Shown here: piece by piece, positions 30,791 through 44,689 of the stretch
Numbering within the stretch: the stretch's first letter is position 1
How the letters are laid out: each line of letters begins with the position of its first letter
DNA from: the human T2T-CHM13v2.0 reference genome, Homo sapiens
NCBI RefSeq assembly: GCF_009914755.1
Contig: NC_060932.1
Length of the DNA: 64,000 nt
Strand: one strand, 5' to 3'
Made by a program: the position numbers and the translations under genes
Notes under the pieces: generated by a model
Databases searched by the model: none
The model's input: the letters and a program-made list of their open reading frames with translations, nothing else
What the model was told of the DNA's origin: nothing

Positions 30791-33243
30791 GTGCTGTGTT
30801 TTTTTTTTTAATCATAATGTAGGCCAGGCCTGTAGAGGTTGCTTGATCTATCTTGGATGTGATGCCTGCATTTTGGGAGTCTACCATGAGAGAACTGATG
30901 GGACCTGCCTTTGGCTGCAGAGAACCTACCATTTGGGCTTTTCCCCAGCACTGAAAATAAATCACCTAATAAACTCTTATTTTTATTAGATTATCTTTGA
31001 AATTGTTAATTTGTAAGTTTTGCTTAACTTTTCAGGAAAAAAGTAATCTAGAATATTTTTAAAGAAATACAAACATCTATGTACAAATAAAGCATTTTTT
31101 TCAAATTTTAAATAATTCCCTTCTGCTTCATGGGTGAGAGGGCAGAGATGTGCCAGAGGTGTCTACTTTAGGTCTCCGTTGTCTCAAGGGAGGAGTAGAA
31201 ATCCCCACCTTTCTGTGGAATCCTGACAATCAGAGCATCCCCTGAGAGCTCCTTCTCTGAAAGCTGCCAACCTTTTCTCTCACACATATGTTTCTGTCTC
31301 CTCTTAATGATATTATGTCTACCCCTATGTTACTAGTGACACTCACTCCCCTTTTAGTTTCTAAGTGCTCTCATTTCTTCCTCATTCTGAAATTATCTGG
31401 GCAGCATCTCATTGATTAGCATTAGGTCTCTTCACCTTCTAACAAAAACTAGTCTGTGCTAGAGAAGGTCTCGTCCCCACCTACATTCCAAGGAGATAAA
31501 ACCTACTATATAACATTTTAACTTCATATCAAAATAATAGCCTGCCTTTGTGGCTTATGACAGAGAAAAAAACTAGTGGTGGGAGTTCTCAAGCAATTTG
31601 AAAGGAAGGATAGCTTTTCAGCAATCTGAAAGGAGAGGAAACTACCATCCTCAAATTTTTCTGTGAACAAAATAGCCATGGGTCCAGGGCCACCCATGTA
31701 GAAGCTTTAGGACTTAGAATAACTCACAAGATGGCTGCTTGCACATTGCTATTTTGGAGACATTTTATGAAATTTAATCCCAAAGTAGCCTAGAAGGAGA
31801 AAGAAGCTATAAAAGGTCCAAATGTATCATGAAGAGTGGGGAGAAAGGGCAATCTCTCTGGCTTTGGCTGACACTGGCAGAAAGCTGGCCCCTAACTTGT
31901 ACATGTCCAAGAACATTGGGTCCCTTAACACACCAGTCATTGGAAACTACCTGCTGCTCATGTTTCACTGGTACCCTGGTCCCAGACTGAGCCCACCATG
32001 GCAGCCACTTCGCAGAAAGCTGAATATCCTAATTTGCCACCATCTGAGATGTGCTGAGAAAACTGGCATTTTTGTCCACTTATATATTCTCAACCTCCAG
32101 CAAGTCTACGAAGAACATAAAGGCTTAGTGGAACTTAGGTAAGTAAGGTAATTAGGAGGAGAATAGCGGATGGGGTGGAAAAGGGAGAAGAAAGAAATAA
32201 AGAATTGCAGAGTCTTCAGGTGGCCAGGGCCTTAAAGTCAACTGCTTCATCTTTTCATCGACAGCATCTCTACCACATGCCTAAAAAACTTGTTAAAACA
32301 AAAATATAGTGATATATGTTAAAATATCCCTCAGAATTAATTTATTGTAAACTCTTTTTTAGGATAAACATTTCCCCTACGAATAAAATACAAACAAAAA
32401 TATCAGTTTTTAGCCTTTTGCACGACAAGTTGTTTCTCAGTAAAGTCTACACTTTGGTCCCAGTTTGACTCTTCAGGAATATTCAAAACAAGTTTAATCT
32501 CTCTTCAACGTTATAGTTCTTTAACTATTCAGAAATGGAATTTGTGTCTCCAACATACTATTTATTTCTCTCAGGGGCAAGAGTGTGGAATTTGTTTATT
32601 AAAATAAAATGCAACTAAGATAATCATTTGCAAATATTGAAAGGATGCGTTTTTTGTTTCCCTTCATGTAAAATACGTTTGCTGGCAACCAATTGTCAGT
32701 ATTGCCTCAGGAAAGAAGGTGATAAAACGCACCTCAGGAAGAAAGAGGAAGTTGGTAGCCCACACCTTCTTGACCTCATGAGTTGCAGAAAGAAGGGAGG
32801 CTTGTGTAAGAGAAGCTGGTCTGTGAGACAAGTTTGTTCTCACCCTGCATTTCTGGGTCAGAATTCCAGAGTGGGAAGGCATCTAGGCACAGGGAAGCCA
32901 ACAGCTAAGGAAGGGAAGCCCTCTAATGTGGCTGGCATAGTAAAGTGGCGGTGTGGAGGGGTTCAGGGGAACGCTCCTCAGCCACACTCAAATCCTATGT
33001 GGGAAGAAGCAGCCTGAGACCACCTGCTCGCCTTCAATCCCACAGCCTGTGTGGCCAGAGGTTTTCACAGCAACGGGGAAAAGTGATTCCACATTGGAGA
33101 CTACAGTACACATGGCCCAAGCTGGGACCAAAGACGAGTCACAGCAAAACCCCAGGGGTCCGCAGACCCAAAGGAAGCCATGTTGGGGCTAGTCACCAAA
33201 GGGAGGACCCCAGGTACAGATGAACCACTAGCCTCAGACATCA

Positions 33244-33258
33244 CCACCAGATGGCAGC
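33244..33258 (+). promoter_or_regulatory. Candidate CTCF-binding motif
   Basis: CCACCAGATGGCAGC fits the CTCF core CCASYAGRKGGCRSY; motif only, no binding data. Confidence 0.55.
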
Positions 33259-33309
33259 TGACCAGGCAGTGACAACTGCTTAGAAACAAGGGGAGCTAGA
33301 GGACAGTAA

Positions 33310-33510
33310 AAACAGGTTGCCAGGTATTTAAGTCTTACCACGAGTTAAGTCTTGTTCTAAGTATTGCACATATGGCTCATCTGCTCCTGAGAGCAGCCCT
33401 GAGATGGCTGGTGCTATGAATACACCCATTTTCCAGATGAAAACATGGAACTCAGAGAGGTTAAGTCATAGAGCTGGGATTTAAACAACAGTCTTGTTTT
33501 CTGAGACTAC
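33310..33510 (-). mobile_element. MIR
   Basis: CCCATTTTCCAGATGAAAACATGGAACTCAGAGAGGTTAAGT. Confidence 0.7.
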
Positions 33511-33536
33511 GTTGGAAAGTAAAATGCTATATCACT

Positions 33537-34015
33537 TTGGTAGATTAGATTATTGTTCAGAAATATTCACCCCTTCCTCTTCAACCTCCATAGGTGGAAT
33601 ATGATTCCCCCCATCACCTGGGCTTGGCCAGGTCACTCTCGACCATGGAAGGCTAGTGGACATAACATGACCAAAGATTTAGAAAGTACTTGTTTACCTG
33701 AGCTTATTCTTCTAAGCTTCTGTTTTCACCATGAGAAGACTATGCCCCAGCCTGTCCAAGGAGGATGAGAGACGTGGATCAGAGCTGCCTGGCCAACAGG
33801 AAGACCAGCAGCCTGAAGCAGAGCAGCCCAGACAAGACTTGCCTCAACAATCTAACCCCAACCAACTGCAGACTCACACATGCGTCCAGCTGAAATTTGC
33901 AGAAGCTCCCTGGCCAAACTGCAGATTCATAACAATAAATTATTATTCTTTCAAAACATTAATTTTGGCGGGGGGTTGTTATGTAGCACTACAGTGGCAA
34001 TAGCTAACCAATACA
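33537..34015 (+). mobile_element. Old MaLR LTR (MLT1I/J-like)
   Basis: CACCATGAGAAGACTATGCCCCAG..GAGACGTGGATCAGAG..TTGTTATGTAGCACT..GCAATAGCTAACCAATACA. Confidence 0.65.
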
Positions 34016-34457
34016 TCATTTGTCCAGTACAAGTGTTCCAGTGTATGGATCCAAACCTCTCCCATTATCCCCTTGTACAAAAATGTCTAACAAACCTTGT
34101 CCAAAGCCCTACCAACACCCAAATCATCCAAATACTGACTTGGAAAGAAGGGGAAAGGAGATAAAATCTGAAAGACTAAGCATTTATTTGAAAGGGACTC
34201 AGTTACTGCAAAGACCATTTAAGTTCTTAAGTGAGGGAAGGTCGTAAAGAAATTAGAACAGCCATTGATAAGAAGTTTGTCTCTTTTTTCCCCCCCAATC
34301 TGAGTACAGAGTGCTAAATTTGTAACTATGTTACAAATAAACTTAACCAAATTTTAAAACTTAATCAACTTTGAAGCCCTAGCCATGGGTAGATCCAGGC
34401 CTTACGGAGATTAGTGCTTATTTAATTGGAAGGGTGCTCTTTCAGTAAAAGAGTACA

Positions 34458-34770
34458 GGCTGGAGGAGGAGTGGCTCACACCTGTAATCCCAGCACTTTG
34501 GGAGGCTGAGGCAAGAGGAGAACTTGTACCCAGGAGTTTGAGACAAGCCTGGGCAACATAGTAAGAACCCGTTTCTTAAAAAAAAAAAAAAAATTTTAAT
34601 TAGCCAGGCATGGTGGAGTGTGCCTGCAGTCTTAGTTACTCAGAAGGCTGAGGCAGAAGGGTTCCTGGAGTTTGAGGCTGTCCTGAGCTATGATTGTGGC
34701 ACTGCACTCCAGCCCAGGTGATAGAGTAAGACCTTGTCTCAAAAAAAAAAAAAAGAAAAAGAAAAAAATG
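34458..34770 (+). mobile_element. AluJ
   Basis: GTGGCTCACACCTGTAATCCCAGC..CCCAGGAGTTTGAGAC..GAGCTATGATTG; A-tail. Confidence 0.9.
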
Positions 34771-35061
34771 AAAAGAACAGAAAAAAGTAAAACATTGAAA
34801 ATATACCATTTGTTATAAAAATGATTTTTTTAGAATTAGCAAAAAACATAAGTTCCAAAATGTTAAGGCTGAAAAAGTATCAAAATAATTACAAAATCCA
34901 AAAACATTAGTATAAAATTGTTATTAATTAACTGCCTCACCTGTACAATATTTTTTCTACCTTTCTTGTCTTCATTTCTTCATATGATCATTATTTTATT
35001 AAAAAACATCTTTGATAGAGAAAAACAGAAGGATAACTAATTCCTTCTCCTGAAAGATTGA

Positions 35062-35338
<277 letters not shown>

Positions 35339-36048
35339 GTGAATTGTTTTTATAATTGTGAGACACATATAACATATGACTTCACACATACACCATGGTT
35401 GTAGTACTGTTGCAGGTTTGTACTTTGCAAATGCAGAAATTATCATGAATTCCATTTTGTCTAAATCTCCTAAAAATGTATGGTATATTTGTGATGGTAA
35501 TATAAATTGTATGTTTATAAATGTACATTTATAATTGTATGTTACTGACACAAGAGAACTTCCATTTTGACCAGGTGTTAATGAGAACCAAATTTCCTAC
35601 TTAAAATTTTACATGTCAGAAGATAAAAACAATTTTTAATGTGCTTACTAGCAAGTAGGGTTTTCAGTTCTCTGAAATGTCTGTCCATGTCCTTTCCCAA
35701 ACTTTGATACTCTTTTTGTCTTTTTCTTGTTGATCTGTAGGTATTCTTTATATATTCTGGATACTTCTGGCTTTGCAAAACTTTCTCTATTCTGATATCA
35801 TAAAGATATACCACTATATTTTTTAGGCTTAAAGTTTTCCCCTCAACATACACTTAGGCCTTTAACGTATCTGAAATTCATTTTCTCAAGAGTTTATCTT
35901 CTTTTCACAAAGAGGTAAACAGTTATATCATCACCACTACTGAATAGACCACCCTTTCCTCACTGAGTTAAGATACTATCTCTATGATAAAATAAGTTCT
36001 GACATGCATTTTGATCTAGATAATACACACATATCATAAAGTCATGTA

Positions 36049-36359
36049 CAGTCAGCCCTTTATATCAGTGGGTTCCACATCCTTGAATGCAACCAACTGC
36101 TGATAACAAATATTCAAAACAAAACCAATAAAAACAGCAATACGACAATAAAAAATAGCACATAAAAATATAGCACAACTATTTAAATAGCATTTATATT
36201 GTATTAGGTATAACCCAGAGAAGACTGAAAGCATACGAGGATCTGCATAGGTTATATGCAAATTGTAAGCCATATTATATAATGGACTTGAGCATCCATG
36301 GGTTTTGGTAGCTATGGGGGTCCTGGAACCAATCACCTGTGGATACTGAGGGATGACTG
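36049..36359 (-). mobile_element. MER2-like TcMar-Tigger element
   Basis: Imperfect TIRs CAGTCAGCCCTTTATATC / GATACTGAGGGATGACTG; GGTCCTGGAACCAATC; 5' TA. Confidence 0.8.
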
Positions 36360-36824
36360 TGTATACATTTCTGAAGTAGACAGGTAGTAAATGCTAGGAT
36401 ATCCACAATCCTGTTGGAGTACATTATTGGGAATAATAAATTCTTCCAGAGAGAATTCTGGAAAATTCCAACATTTTAAGTTTCAACCACTTTGAAAATT
36501 GTATTAATTTTGAAGAGATATTATTCTATATCAAGTATTCCTATTTTATTAAACTTGCTTTTATATTTATCCCTTGAATTTACAAATCTTATAACTGTTT
36601 TGTAACAATTCAAACTAAAATGGCCTCTTGATTTTGGCACTACTGTAGGCTAAACTAATAAAGAAAACTTTATTATTATAAATTTAAAGAAATAAAGAAT
36701 ATAATATAAACAAATTGGGGAAAAACATATGTCTGATCTGAAAGAAAAATAAGAGAAATCTCTGGTGCTAAAAACAAAAGGAGAACCTAATAGCAGAGCT
36801 GTGAGCTCATGAGCTGAAGTTACG

Positions 36825-37069
36825 GGATCCTAGAGAGGTATGGAATATCTTACTTACAGATAAGCTCTAGGGTGCAGGATCTGGGGTTTTAATCATGGTT
36901 CCAGGACAGAAATTGTGTCTTTGGGGCCCATCTGCTCTAGGTCCGTTGGATCCTAGAGAGGTATGGAATACCTTACTTACAGATAAGCTCTAGGTGCAGG
37001 ATCTGGGGTTTTAATCATGGTTCCAGGACAGAAATTGTGTCTTTGGGGCCCATCTGCTCTAGGTGTGTT
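36825..37069 (+). repeat. ~123-bp near-perfect tandem duplication
   Basis: Copies start GGATCCTAGAGAGGTATGG at 36825 and 36948. Confidence 0.95.
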
Positions 37070-37890
37070 GCTGGACCTGAGACAACTGCATAAAACTGAG
37101 CTCTGGGACAGCTGCCTCCTCAAAAAAGGGAATGTTGAAAAACTTTCTCTGCCAGCACCTCTACCCAGGGAAGTGATAAGAAGCTGTGAATGAAGAAGAA
37201 AATAAACAAAAGTCTGAGCCATGCACCAGTGCTTTTTTACCAAATGCAAAGTAAGGGAACCACCACAACAAAAAAAATTATGTCAAAAAGTAGCCTTGGT
37301 CTTGGGAAACACTTGGAGCACCAATCACAAACAAATGCACAACCACTATGCAGCAGACTTCAACCTAAAGTATACATAGTTCTTCAAGAAAAACAATCTT
37401 CATCAGTGATAAACTCACCTTTCAAAATTATAAAATGCACAAGGAAATGATCCACCTTATAAGTAAGAGTCAACAAAAATAAGAAACTGTGAGGTTGGAC
37501 TTTGAGAATCTTAGTGTATATATAATGTCTCAAAAGTAGTTATATCTAGAATGTTAAAGACATTTAAAAAAATAGAAACATAGCAAAAACAGGACATTAT
37601 AGATAAATTCAAAAAGATTTTTCTTAAATAATAAAAACAATACTTAGAAATAAAAATTTAATTATTTGAAATTTATAACTCATTGAATAAATTAGACTAC
37701 AGATGAGCCAGAGTAGAAGAAAGAATTCATGAGCTAGAATATCAATGTAAGGAAATTTAGTGAAATGATACACGAGAAAAATATATGAAAATATGAAACA
37801 CTTCTTAAGAGACAAGAAATAATTAAGAAGGAGAATGTACAAAGAATAGGACTACTAAGTGAAATCATGACTGATACATTTTTAGAATTT

Positions 37891-38058
37891 AGAGCATTAG
37901 GACAAATACTTCATGCATGCAGAGCTTAAAACCTAGATGATGGGGTTGATAGGTGCAGCAAACCACCATGGCACATGTATACCTGTATATAACAAACCTT
38001 CACATTCAGCACATGTATCCCAGAACTTAAAGTAAATTAAAAAATAAATTTAAAAAAA
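37891..38058 (+). mobile_element. Short L1PA7/8-like 3' end
   Basis: AGCATTAGGACAAATAC..GCTTAAAACCTAGATGATGG..GCAGCAAACCACCATGGCACATG..CAGAACTTAAAGTA; flanking AGAATTTA repeat. Confidence 0.85.
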
Positions 38059-38348
38059 ATTCAGAATTTATCTAAGACAAATCCTCAGATTGAAGAACAA
38101 AGTGCCTAATTAGGATAAATAAAAACAAATTCACACTTGAAAAAAATCATAGTAAAAATATGGAACATTGATAACAATGAGAAAATTATTAAAAATCACC
38201 CAGAGATGAAAGCTAGATTGTCAACGAAGAAATATTTATCCTGATAGCTGTTTCTGTATGACTAAAAACTAGGGATATATTCAAACTGCCAAGAGAAAAT
38301 TGCTGTCATCTTGAATTTTAAAAGTAGCTAAACTATCAGTTAGTAATT

Positions 38349-38390
38349 AGACAGATAGATAGACAGATAGATAGATAGATAGAAAGATAG
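38349..38390 (+). repeat. (GATA/GACA)n microsatellite
   Basis: Direct reading. Confidence 0.85.
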
Positions 38391-40045
38391 TTAATACATA
38401 GACAAAGATATATATAATATACATATATCTTTATATAATATGAAAAACAAAAAAAAGAATTAGACAAGAATAAATACATTTTAAGGTAAATGATTTTTAA
38501 AAATATGACTGGATGTGTTTTAGAAATAAGTAAATTGAACATGGAAGGAAGGAGGAGGCTATAAGAAACGGGTGAACGAAGGCATTGGAAAACATCTGCA
38601 TAAATCTAAATAAACATTGACTGTAAAAACAACAAAAAGAAAGACTAATTTAGGGTGAAATGATTCGAAAAGAAGGTTAAATTAAAGTACTTCACAGCCA
38701 CAGCATGGAAGATAAGAAGAGAAGCGCAGTAATTTGAATTCAAGTGTTGCAAGTTGCTCTTATTATTCAAGATGAAGTCAGGCCTATTGATTATATTAGT
38801 TCTTTAGAGTTAAGTATGCATGTTAAAAATGTAAGAATAATTACTAAATAAATAAGAAAACAGTTGTAATACCAAACCAGTCAAAGGGTTAAAAGGTGGG
38901 GAACAGAGAAAACCTTCCAAAAGAAATGGCCTGTGATCCTACAATTCCACTTCTAGCTACAAAACCTGGAGAAACTCTGGCATGTGCACACAAGAAGATA
39001 TAAACAACAACATGCATCATTCATCTCCATTCATAGCAGAATGAATAAATTGTGGTAAGTTTATACAATAGAACACTTTAGGCAATACAAATGAATTAAT
39101 AACATCAACATAGATAATGCTGAAAAGAAACCTTGAGCACAAAAAACAAGTATCAGAATGACAGGTAAGAATGAAACCAATTATATGAACACACAAAAAG
39201 AGATCTCTATTGTTTATGAATACATACATATGCACATGCAAATTATAGAATCAGGCCCAGGAAGAATTCATCCTCACATCAAGACAGTGGTTACCTCTGG
39301 GGAGAGTGGGAGGAGGAAATTGAACAGGGATGTGGGTGAAATGACTTTATCTGTGTGACACGACTCGCTTTTGAAAAAGAGAGCTGAAGAAAATATGTCA
39401 AAATATTGCCATTTTATATACTTAAGAGATGGGTAGACAAGTGTCATAGTTTCTGTATTTTTCCACATATTAAACAGCTATTTACTTTAAAACATTTAAA
39501 AAACAATTTAAATTCTTTATAAGTATAAGAAGCAAAATCAGTCTTCTCTCCTCTGAAAATGTTATCTTTCCAGATTTCTCTTTTGCTTGAATAAGAAGAT
39601 ATACATGTATTTTAATCTGTATCATTGTACGTAGGTGTACTTCATTCTCTGTATTTTTCCACAATATAGATATGTCATAATTTTATATACTGATTATTTT
39701 ATTGATAAGGATTTCGTTTTCCAGAAGTGTTTTTGTTTGTATGTTTGTTGTCATCTTGTTTTGTTTGTTTAGGGAGAAACTGCTACTAAAACAATTCTGT
39801 AATAAATAAACTTGTGTATTAATCCTGATGTGCTGCACTTTTACTTCTGCCATATAAATTCCCAGAAGTTTCTAGGTCAAAGAGTATGCACATTTTACAT
39901 TTTAATGACTTATCAAATTGCTTGCAAGAACAGTAGTAATATTTCATTTTCCTACTAATTCTGTAGTATTCCACACATCCTGGCCAACACTCGAAGTTAT
40001 CCATCTTTTCCACCTTTGACACTTTAAATCATTGGTTTCTTGGTG

Positions 40046-40065
40046 TTGTGTGTGTGTGTGTGTGT
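40046..40065 (+). repeat. (TG)n
   Basis: Direct reading. Confidence 0.9.
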
Positions 40066-40194
40066 TTCATTTTCCTGAAACTTGTAAATTTGAGCATCTT
40101 TCCTATGCTTACTAAGCATTTGTGTTTTCTCCTCTGAAAATTGCCTGTTAGTATTTTTTTCTCTTATCAAAATCAATGTGTTATCTGCTATGTA

Positions 40195-40790
40195 ATTCAT
40201 TCATTTGTTCAGTAAATTTATGGAACAGATAGTATGTGCCTGGGACTAAGTTAGATTCTGAGTGGTCATAGGCAATTAAGATACAGATTGTATCCTCAAA
40301 GAGTCCAGGAGAGGGAGATAAGCAAATTTGAGTGACAAAGTGTTAGTGGTACTGGGAGAAATGTCTGTCTAAACAGAGCACAATTAGCTGCTTTTGGGGA
40401 CTCAGGACAGCATAACCTTAATATAGCATATGATGCTTCCGTTGCTGGGTCTTGCAAATGAGTAGGTACTTGCTTCTAGTTCCTTCAGAGTGCTTCAGCA
40501 GTCTCCCCACAGCTGGAGATCTGTGCAAGAGAAAAAGGCAATGCAAGTTTAGAAAACTGTGTGAATAAAACCATGCAGGTGGAACGTTTAGATTAGGGCC
40601 CAGGAATCAGACCACTGAGATAGGAAATCAGGAGGAGATGTTGCCACTTCCCAAGAGAGATGAGGGTGAAGAATTTGAAGAGCCTGGGGAATATTCAGCT
40701 GGAGACATTCAGCAGACAGTTGAATAACATGTCTGGAGCAAGGAAGACTCATTCAAGTTAGAAATCTAGTTGTGAGAGTCCTCAACATAC
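40195..40790 (-). mobile_element. L2 fragment
   Basis: ATTCATTCATTTGTTCAGTAAATTTATGGA..TATGTGCCTGG; GAGACATTCAGCAGACAGTTGAATA. Confidence 0.65.
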
Positions 40791-42261
40791 AGGGAGCGAT
40801 GTGTCATTAGTTACAGCAATGTTAAAGTTACACTAGCTCTCTGGGCTTTCTGATGTATAGGGCAGTTTGCAGGCAAATTAAATGTCCTCCAGTTCCTATT
40901 TTCTAAAACTCTTGTGACTGCTTTATTGTTTTTTGTTTGTTTGTTTAACATTGTTTCCCTCACTTTTAGTTGTCATTTGATGCAGTCAAGGATCTCGTAT
41001 TATACTCCCTTTCTCTCCCTTAAGAAACTCTGTACATAGGAATCAGTTAACAAAATTTTTAGGATTGTGTGTATATATTAACATCAGTAGCCATTAATAT
41101 AACTTACACGAGGGGGCTGAGAATCTCTCTTGGTAAAATATTGAAACATGAGCTTCATGTCTTTTAAGAACTTTGTGGTTTATATCCTGATTCAGGTGTG
41201 TTTTTCAGGATAGGTTAAGGACTCAGATCCTTGAGTTCTGGATCAATGAATCTGTCTATAGCCTCAGACATAATCTCAGTATTTTAATCACCTTCACAGA
41301 TAAGTTATTTATGAATTAAATTTTTAAAGAAAAGCTTTTAACCCAGAGATTTACATTTTCATTTCAGAGATGCTTGAAGATGAATCTTTAGTTGCCCTTC
41401 TTTGACCACTTTAGCTTGAACACCTTCTTCATCAAGTAGTTTATATGATTTAGGACTAACAGTAAAGTGCAGATGGAGCCCTCACTATTTAAAGAGACAT
41501 ATCACTGACTCCTTAGCAAGCCAAATATTGTTTTGTAATCAAATAATTACCTCAGATTATACTGATTTATGAATTCTTATCTGATCTTATATTTTCTTTT
41601 CTTATTTGGCATTGCATTTTATATTTTATCTTACACTATCAAAACAAGATATACACGTGGCTAGAAAATCAAATAGAAGGGCTTGTAGTGAAAAGAAGCC
41701 TGCTGCTTCCTCTTTCCAACCCACTTGCTTGCTCTTTAGAGGAAACCCTTTAAAAATGTTCATTTCTAGTGCCTTCGGAGTGCTGCAACAATCTCCCAAT
41801 TGCTCATTAAGGCTCATTACTTATTGTTGTTTGTGGTTTTACAAGTTTTTTTACAGTGTCTACTGACTTCCTACTATGATAGGTGAGGGTTGATCTCATC
41901 TATACCTCCTCATTTCACCTTTATTTTTTCCTTACCTCCATGTTGTTTTTCACTATTCTTATTTCTTTTATTGGATACCTACATAATTTTAAACAACTTG
42001 CATAAACTTCCACTTTCTAGTCCAATAACCATAGACAGTTTTCACTTTCCCTTCATTGTAAGTGATCAGAATATAGATGCACCAGCTTTCACTTCATTCC
42101 TTGGAGTGAATGGTATTCATTCCAATACCATTTTCCAATTCCTTATCTTTTATATTGTTAAGGTAATATCCCTTACATTCTTTTCTGTAATACAGTAAGT
42201 CCCTGATTTGTCTATGGGTTACTTTTTAAAATTGAAAGTATAATGAAAAATTCAAAGTTTA

Positions 42262-42462
<201 letters not shown>

Positions 42463-43397
42463 TTACATTTCTTCTTCTAAGATCTAATGGCACAATTGCT
42501 GCGCTACTCAAAGGAAACATTTCTACAGTCAGGCTGGAATGGATTATTTTTTTCTCTGTTCCACCACATGCCTTTACCATATTCTCAAGTTTATCAAAAC
42601 CCTCATTCTATCTAATTAATTGAATCCCCTTCTCTCCCTAAGACTAGTATTTGAAAACCTCTCCCCCCTCGCTCCTATTTGGACTGGTTACTCTTCAGGC
42701 TTATGCAAAACTATAATTTGGGGATTGTATACATTGTTATTCTGGTTTGGTACTTCTGTCTCCCAAAGCCTATCTTGTCTTCTTCCTTAGTTTGGTTGGA
42801 ATACCTACTTAAGTAACTTTTTAAGAAATGATGAGCATCATAAAGACAGATATATAGACCAATGGAATATAACATGGAGCCCAGAAATAAACTCTCACAT
42901 ATATAGTCAAACTATTTTTGATGAGGTATTCAAGACCATTCAATGAGGAAAGGATAGTCTTTTCAACAAACGGTGCTAGGAAAAATGGACATCCACATGC
43001 TAAAGAATTAAGTTGGATCCTTAACTTACACTATATATAAAAATTAACTCAATATATCAAAGTCTTAAATGTAAGAGCTAAACCTATAAAATTCTTAGAA
43101 AAAAAAATAGAGGAAATCGTCATGCCATTGGATTTGGCAATGATTCCTTAGGTAAGATATCAAAAGCACAGACAACAAAAGGAAACAGTAGTTAAATTTC
43201 ATCAAAATAAAACACTTTAGTGTTAAAGGACAAAATCATGATGTTGAAAAGGCAACCTATAGAATAGGAGAAAATATTTGCAAATCATATGCTGATAAGG
43301 GATTAATATCCAGAAAATATAAAAAACCTCTATGACTCAAAAACAAAAAAATAAACAACCAAAATGCAAATCAAAACCACAATGTGATAGTACTTTT

Positions 43398-43475
43398 CCA
43401 GCAAACCACCATGGCACATGTTTACCTACATAACAAACCTGCAGGTCCTGCACATGTATCCCAGAACTGAAAATA
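43398..43475 (+). mobile_element. Short L1PA 3'-terminal fragment
   Basis: CAGCAAACCACCATGGCACATGTTTACCT..AACAAACCTGCA..CACATGTATCCCAGAACT. Confidence 0.8.
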
Positions 43476-43485
43476 CATATATTAA

Positions 43486-43530
43486 AAAAGTAATGGCAAA
43501 AACCACAATTACTTTTGAACCAACATAATA
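43486..43530. mobile_element. Half MADE1 (Hsmar1-derived MITE)
   Basis: AAAGTAATGGCAAAAACCACAATTACTTTTGAACCAACATAA+TA equals one MADE1 arm. Confidence 0.8.
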
Positions 43531-44188
43531 TTATAAAACAAAACAAAACAGAAACTAATACGTGTTGGGGAGGATGAGAAGAAATTGGAACACTTGTGCA
43601 TTGCTAGTGGGAATATAAAATAGTGTAGCTGCTGTGGAAAACAGTATGGAAGTTCCTCAAAAAATTAAACATAGAATTACCATATGATCCAGCAATTCCA
43701 TTTCTGGGTATACACCCAAAAGAATTTGAAGCAGGGACTAGAACAGATATTTTCACACAAATATTCATATAAGCATTATTCACAGTAGCCAAAAGTGGAA
43801 ACACCCTAAATGTCCATTGATAGACGAATGGATAAACAAAATGCAGCATAAGCATACAATGGAATATTATGAAGGCAATAAAAGGAATGAAATTTTGATA
43901 CATATTACAACATGGATAGACCTTGAAAATATTATGCTAATTGAAATAAGTGAAACACAAAAGGTCAAATATTATAGGATTCCACTTATAACAGGTATCT
44001 AGAATAGTGAAATTCATAGAGACTGAAAGTAGAATAGGGGTGACCAGAGCTGCAGGGGGGTAGTAATAGGTAGTTATTGTTTAATGGATACAAAATTTCT
44101 GTTTGGCATGATACAAAAATTTTAGAATGGATACGGGATGGTTGCATAATAATGAAAATGTATTTAATACCACATAAATCATACACTT

Positions 44189-44260
44189 AGCCGAGATTGC
44201 ACCACTGCACTCCAGCCTGGGGGACAAAGAGAGACACCATCTCAAAAAAAAAGAAAAAAA
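44189..44260 (+). mobile_element. Alu 3'-terminal fragment
   Basis: GCCGAGATTGCACCACTGCACTCCAGCCTGG..CATCTCAAAA. Confidence 0.85.
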
Positions 44261-44689
44261 AATTGCTAAAATTGTAAATTTTGTTATGTGTATTTTACCA
44301 CAGTAAAAATTTTAACATTATGGAAAAATAAGATAAGCTACTTAGAATATGTTTTAAAAGTGATGAGTGAGAAGAAAATATTTTGAGTCCTTAAAAGTCT
44401 AAAACTCTTTTTAATTTTCCCTTAGACTTTATTGATAGTTCAGCAAAGTGTCAAAATTCTAGGTTGAAAATAGTTTTTACTCAGAAATCTAAAGACTTTT
44501 CCTGTGAAAAATCTGAAGACAGAGTGGTTTCTCATTTTAATCTTGGAAGTTCCTGGGAATGTGGCATGTTTTCTTAAAGTAAAACCTACCTACTGAAGAC
44601 ATGAGAAATTCAGAGTGACCTTTTCCCTTATATTTTCAACAAAGGATAAAGCTTCAAACTTAACTTATGGTTACTTTACCTGTTTAAAA

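Larger units (their letters stand above)
37400..39480 (+). mobile_element. Ancient L1M/HAL1-like relics (ORF1-like remnant followed by an L1ME-like 3' end)
   Basis: ATCCTCAGATTGAAGAA..AGGATAAATAAAAACAAATTCACAC..CATAGTAAAA; CAATTCCACTTCTAG..GAGAAACTCT..CAGTGGTTACCTCTGGGGAG. Confidence 0.5.
42835..44320 (+). mobile_element. L1MB-like 3' region
   Basis: AGACCAATGGAATA..CCAGAAATAAAC..; CATATGATCCAGCAATTCC; CATGGATAGACCTTGAAAATATTATGCTA; GATGGTTGCATAATAATG. Confidence 0.85.

Noticed and set aside
39451-39665. 16-bp repeat TCTGTATTTTTCCACA about 200 bp apart as a TSD
   Set aside because: No recognisable element or A-tail between the copies; AT-rich context makes it weak evidence
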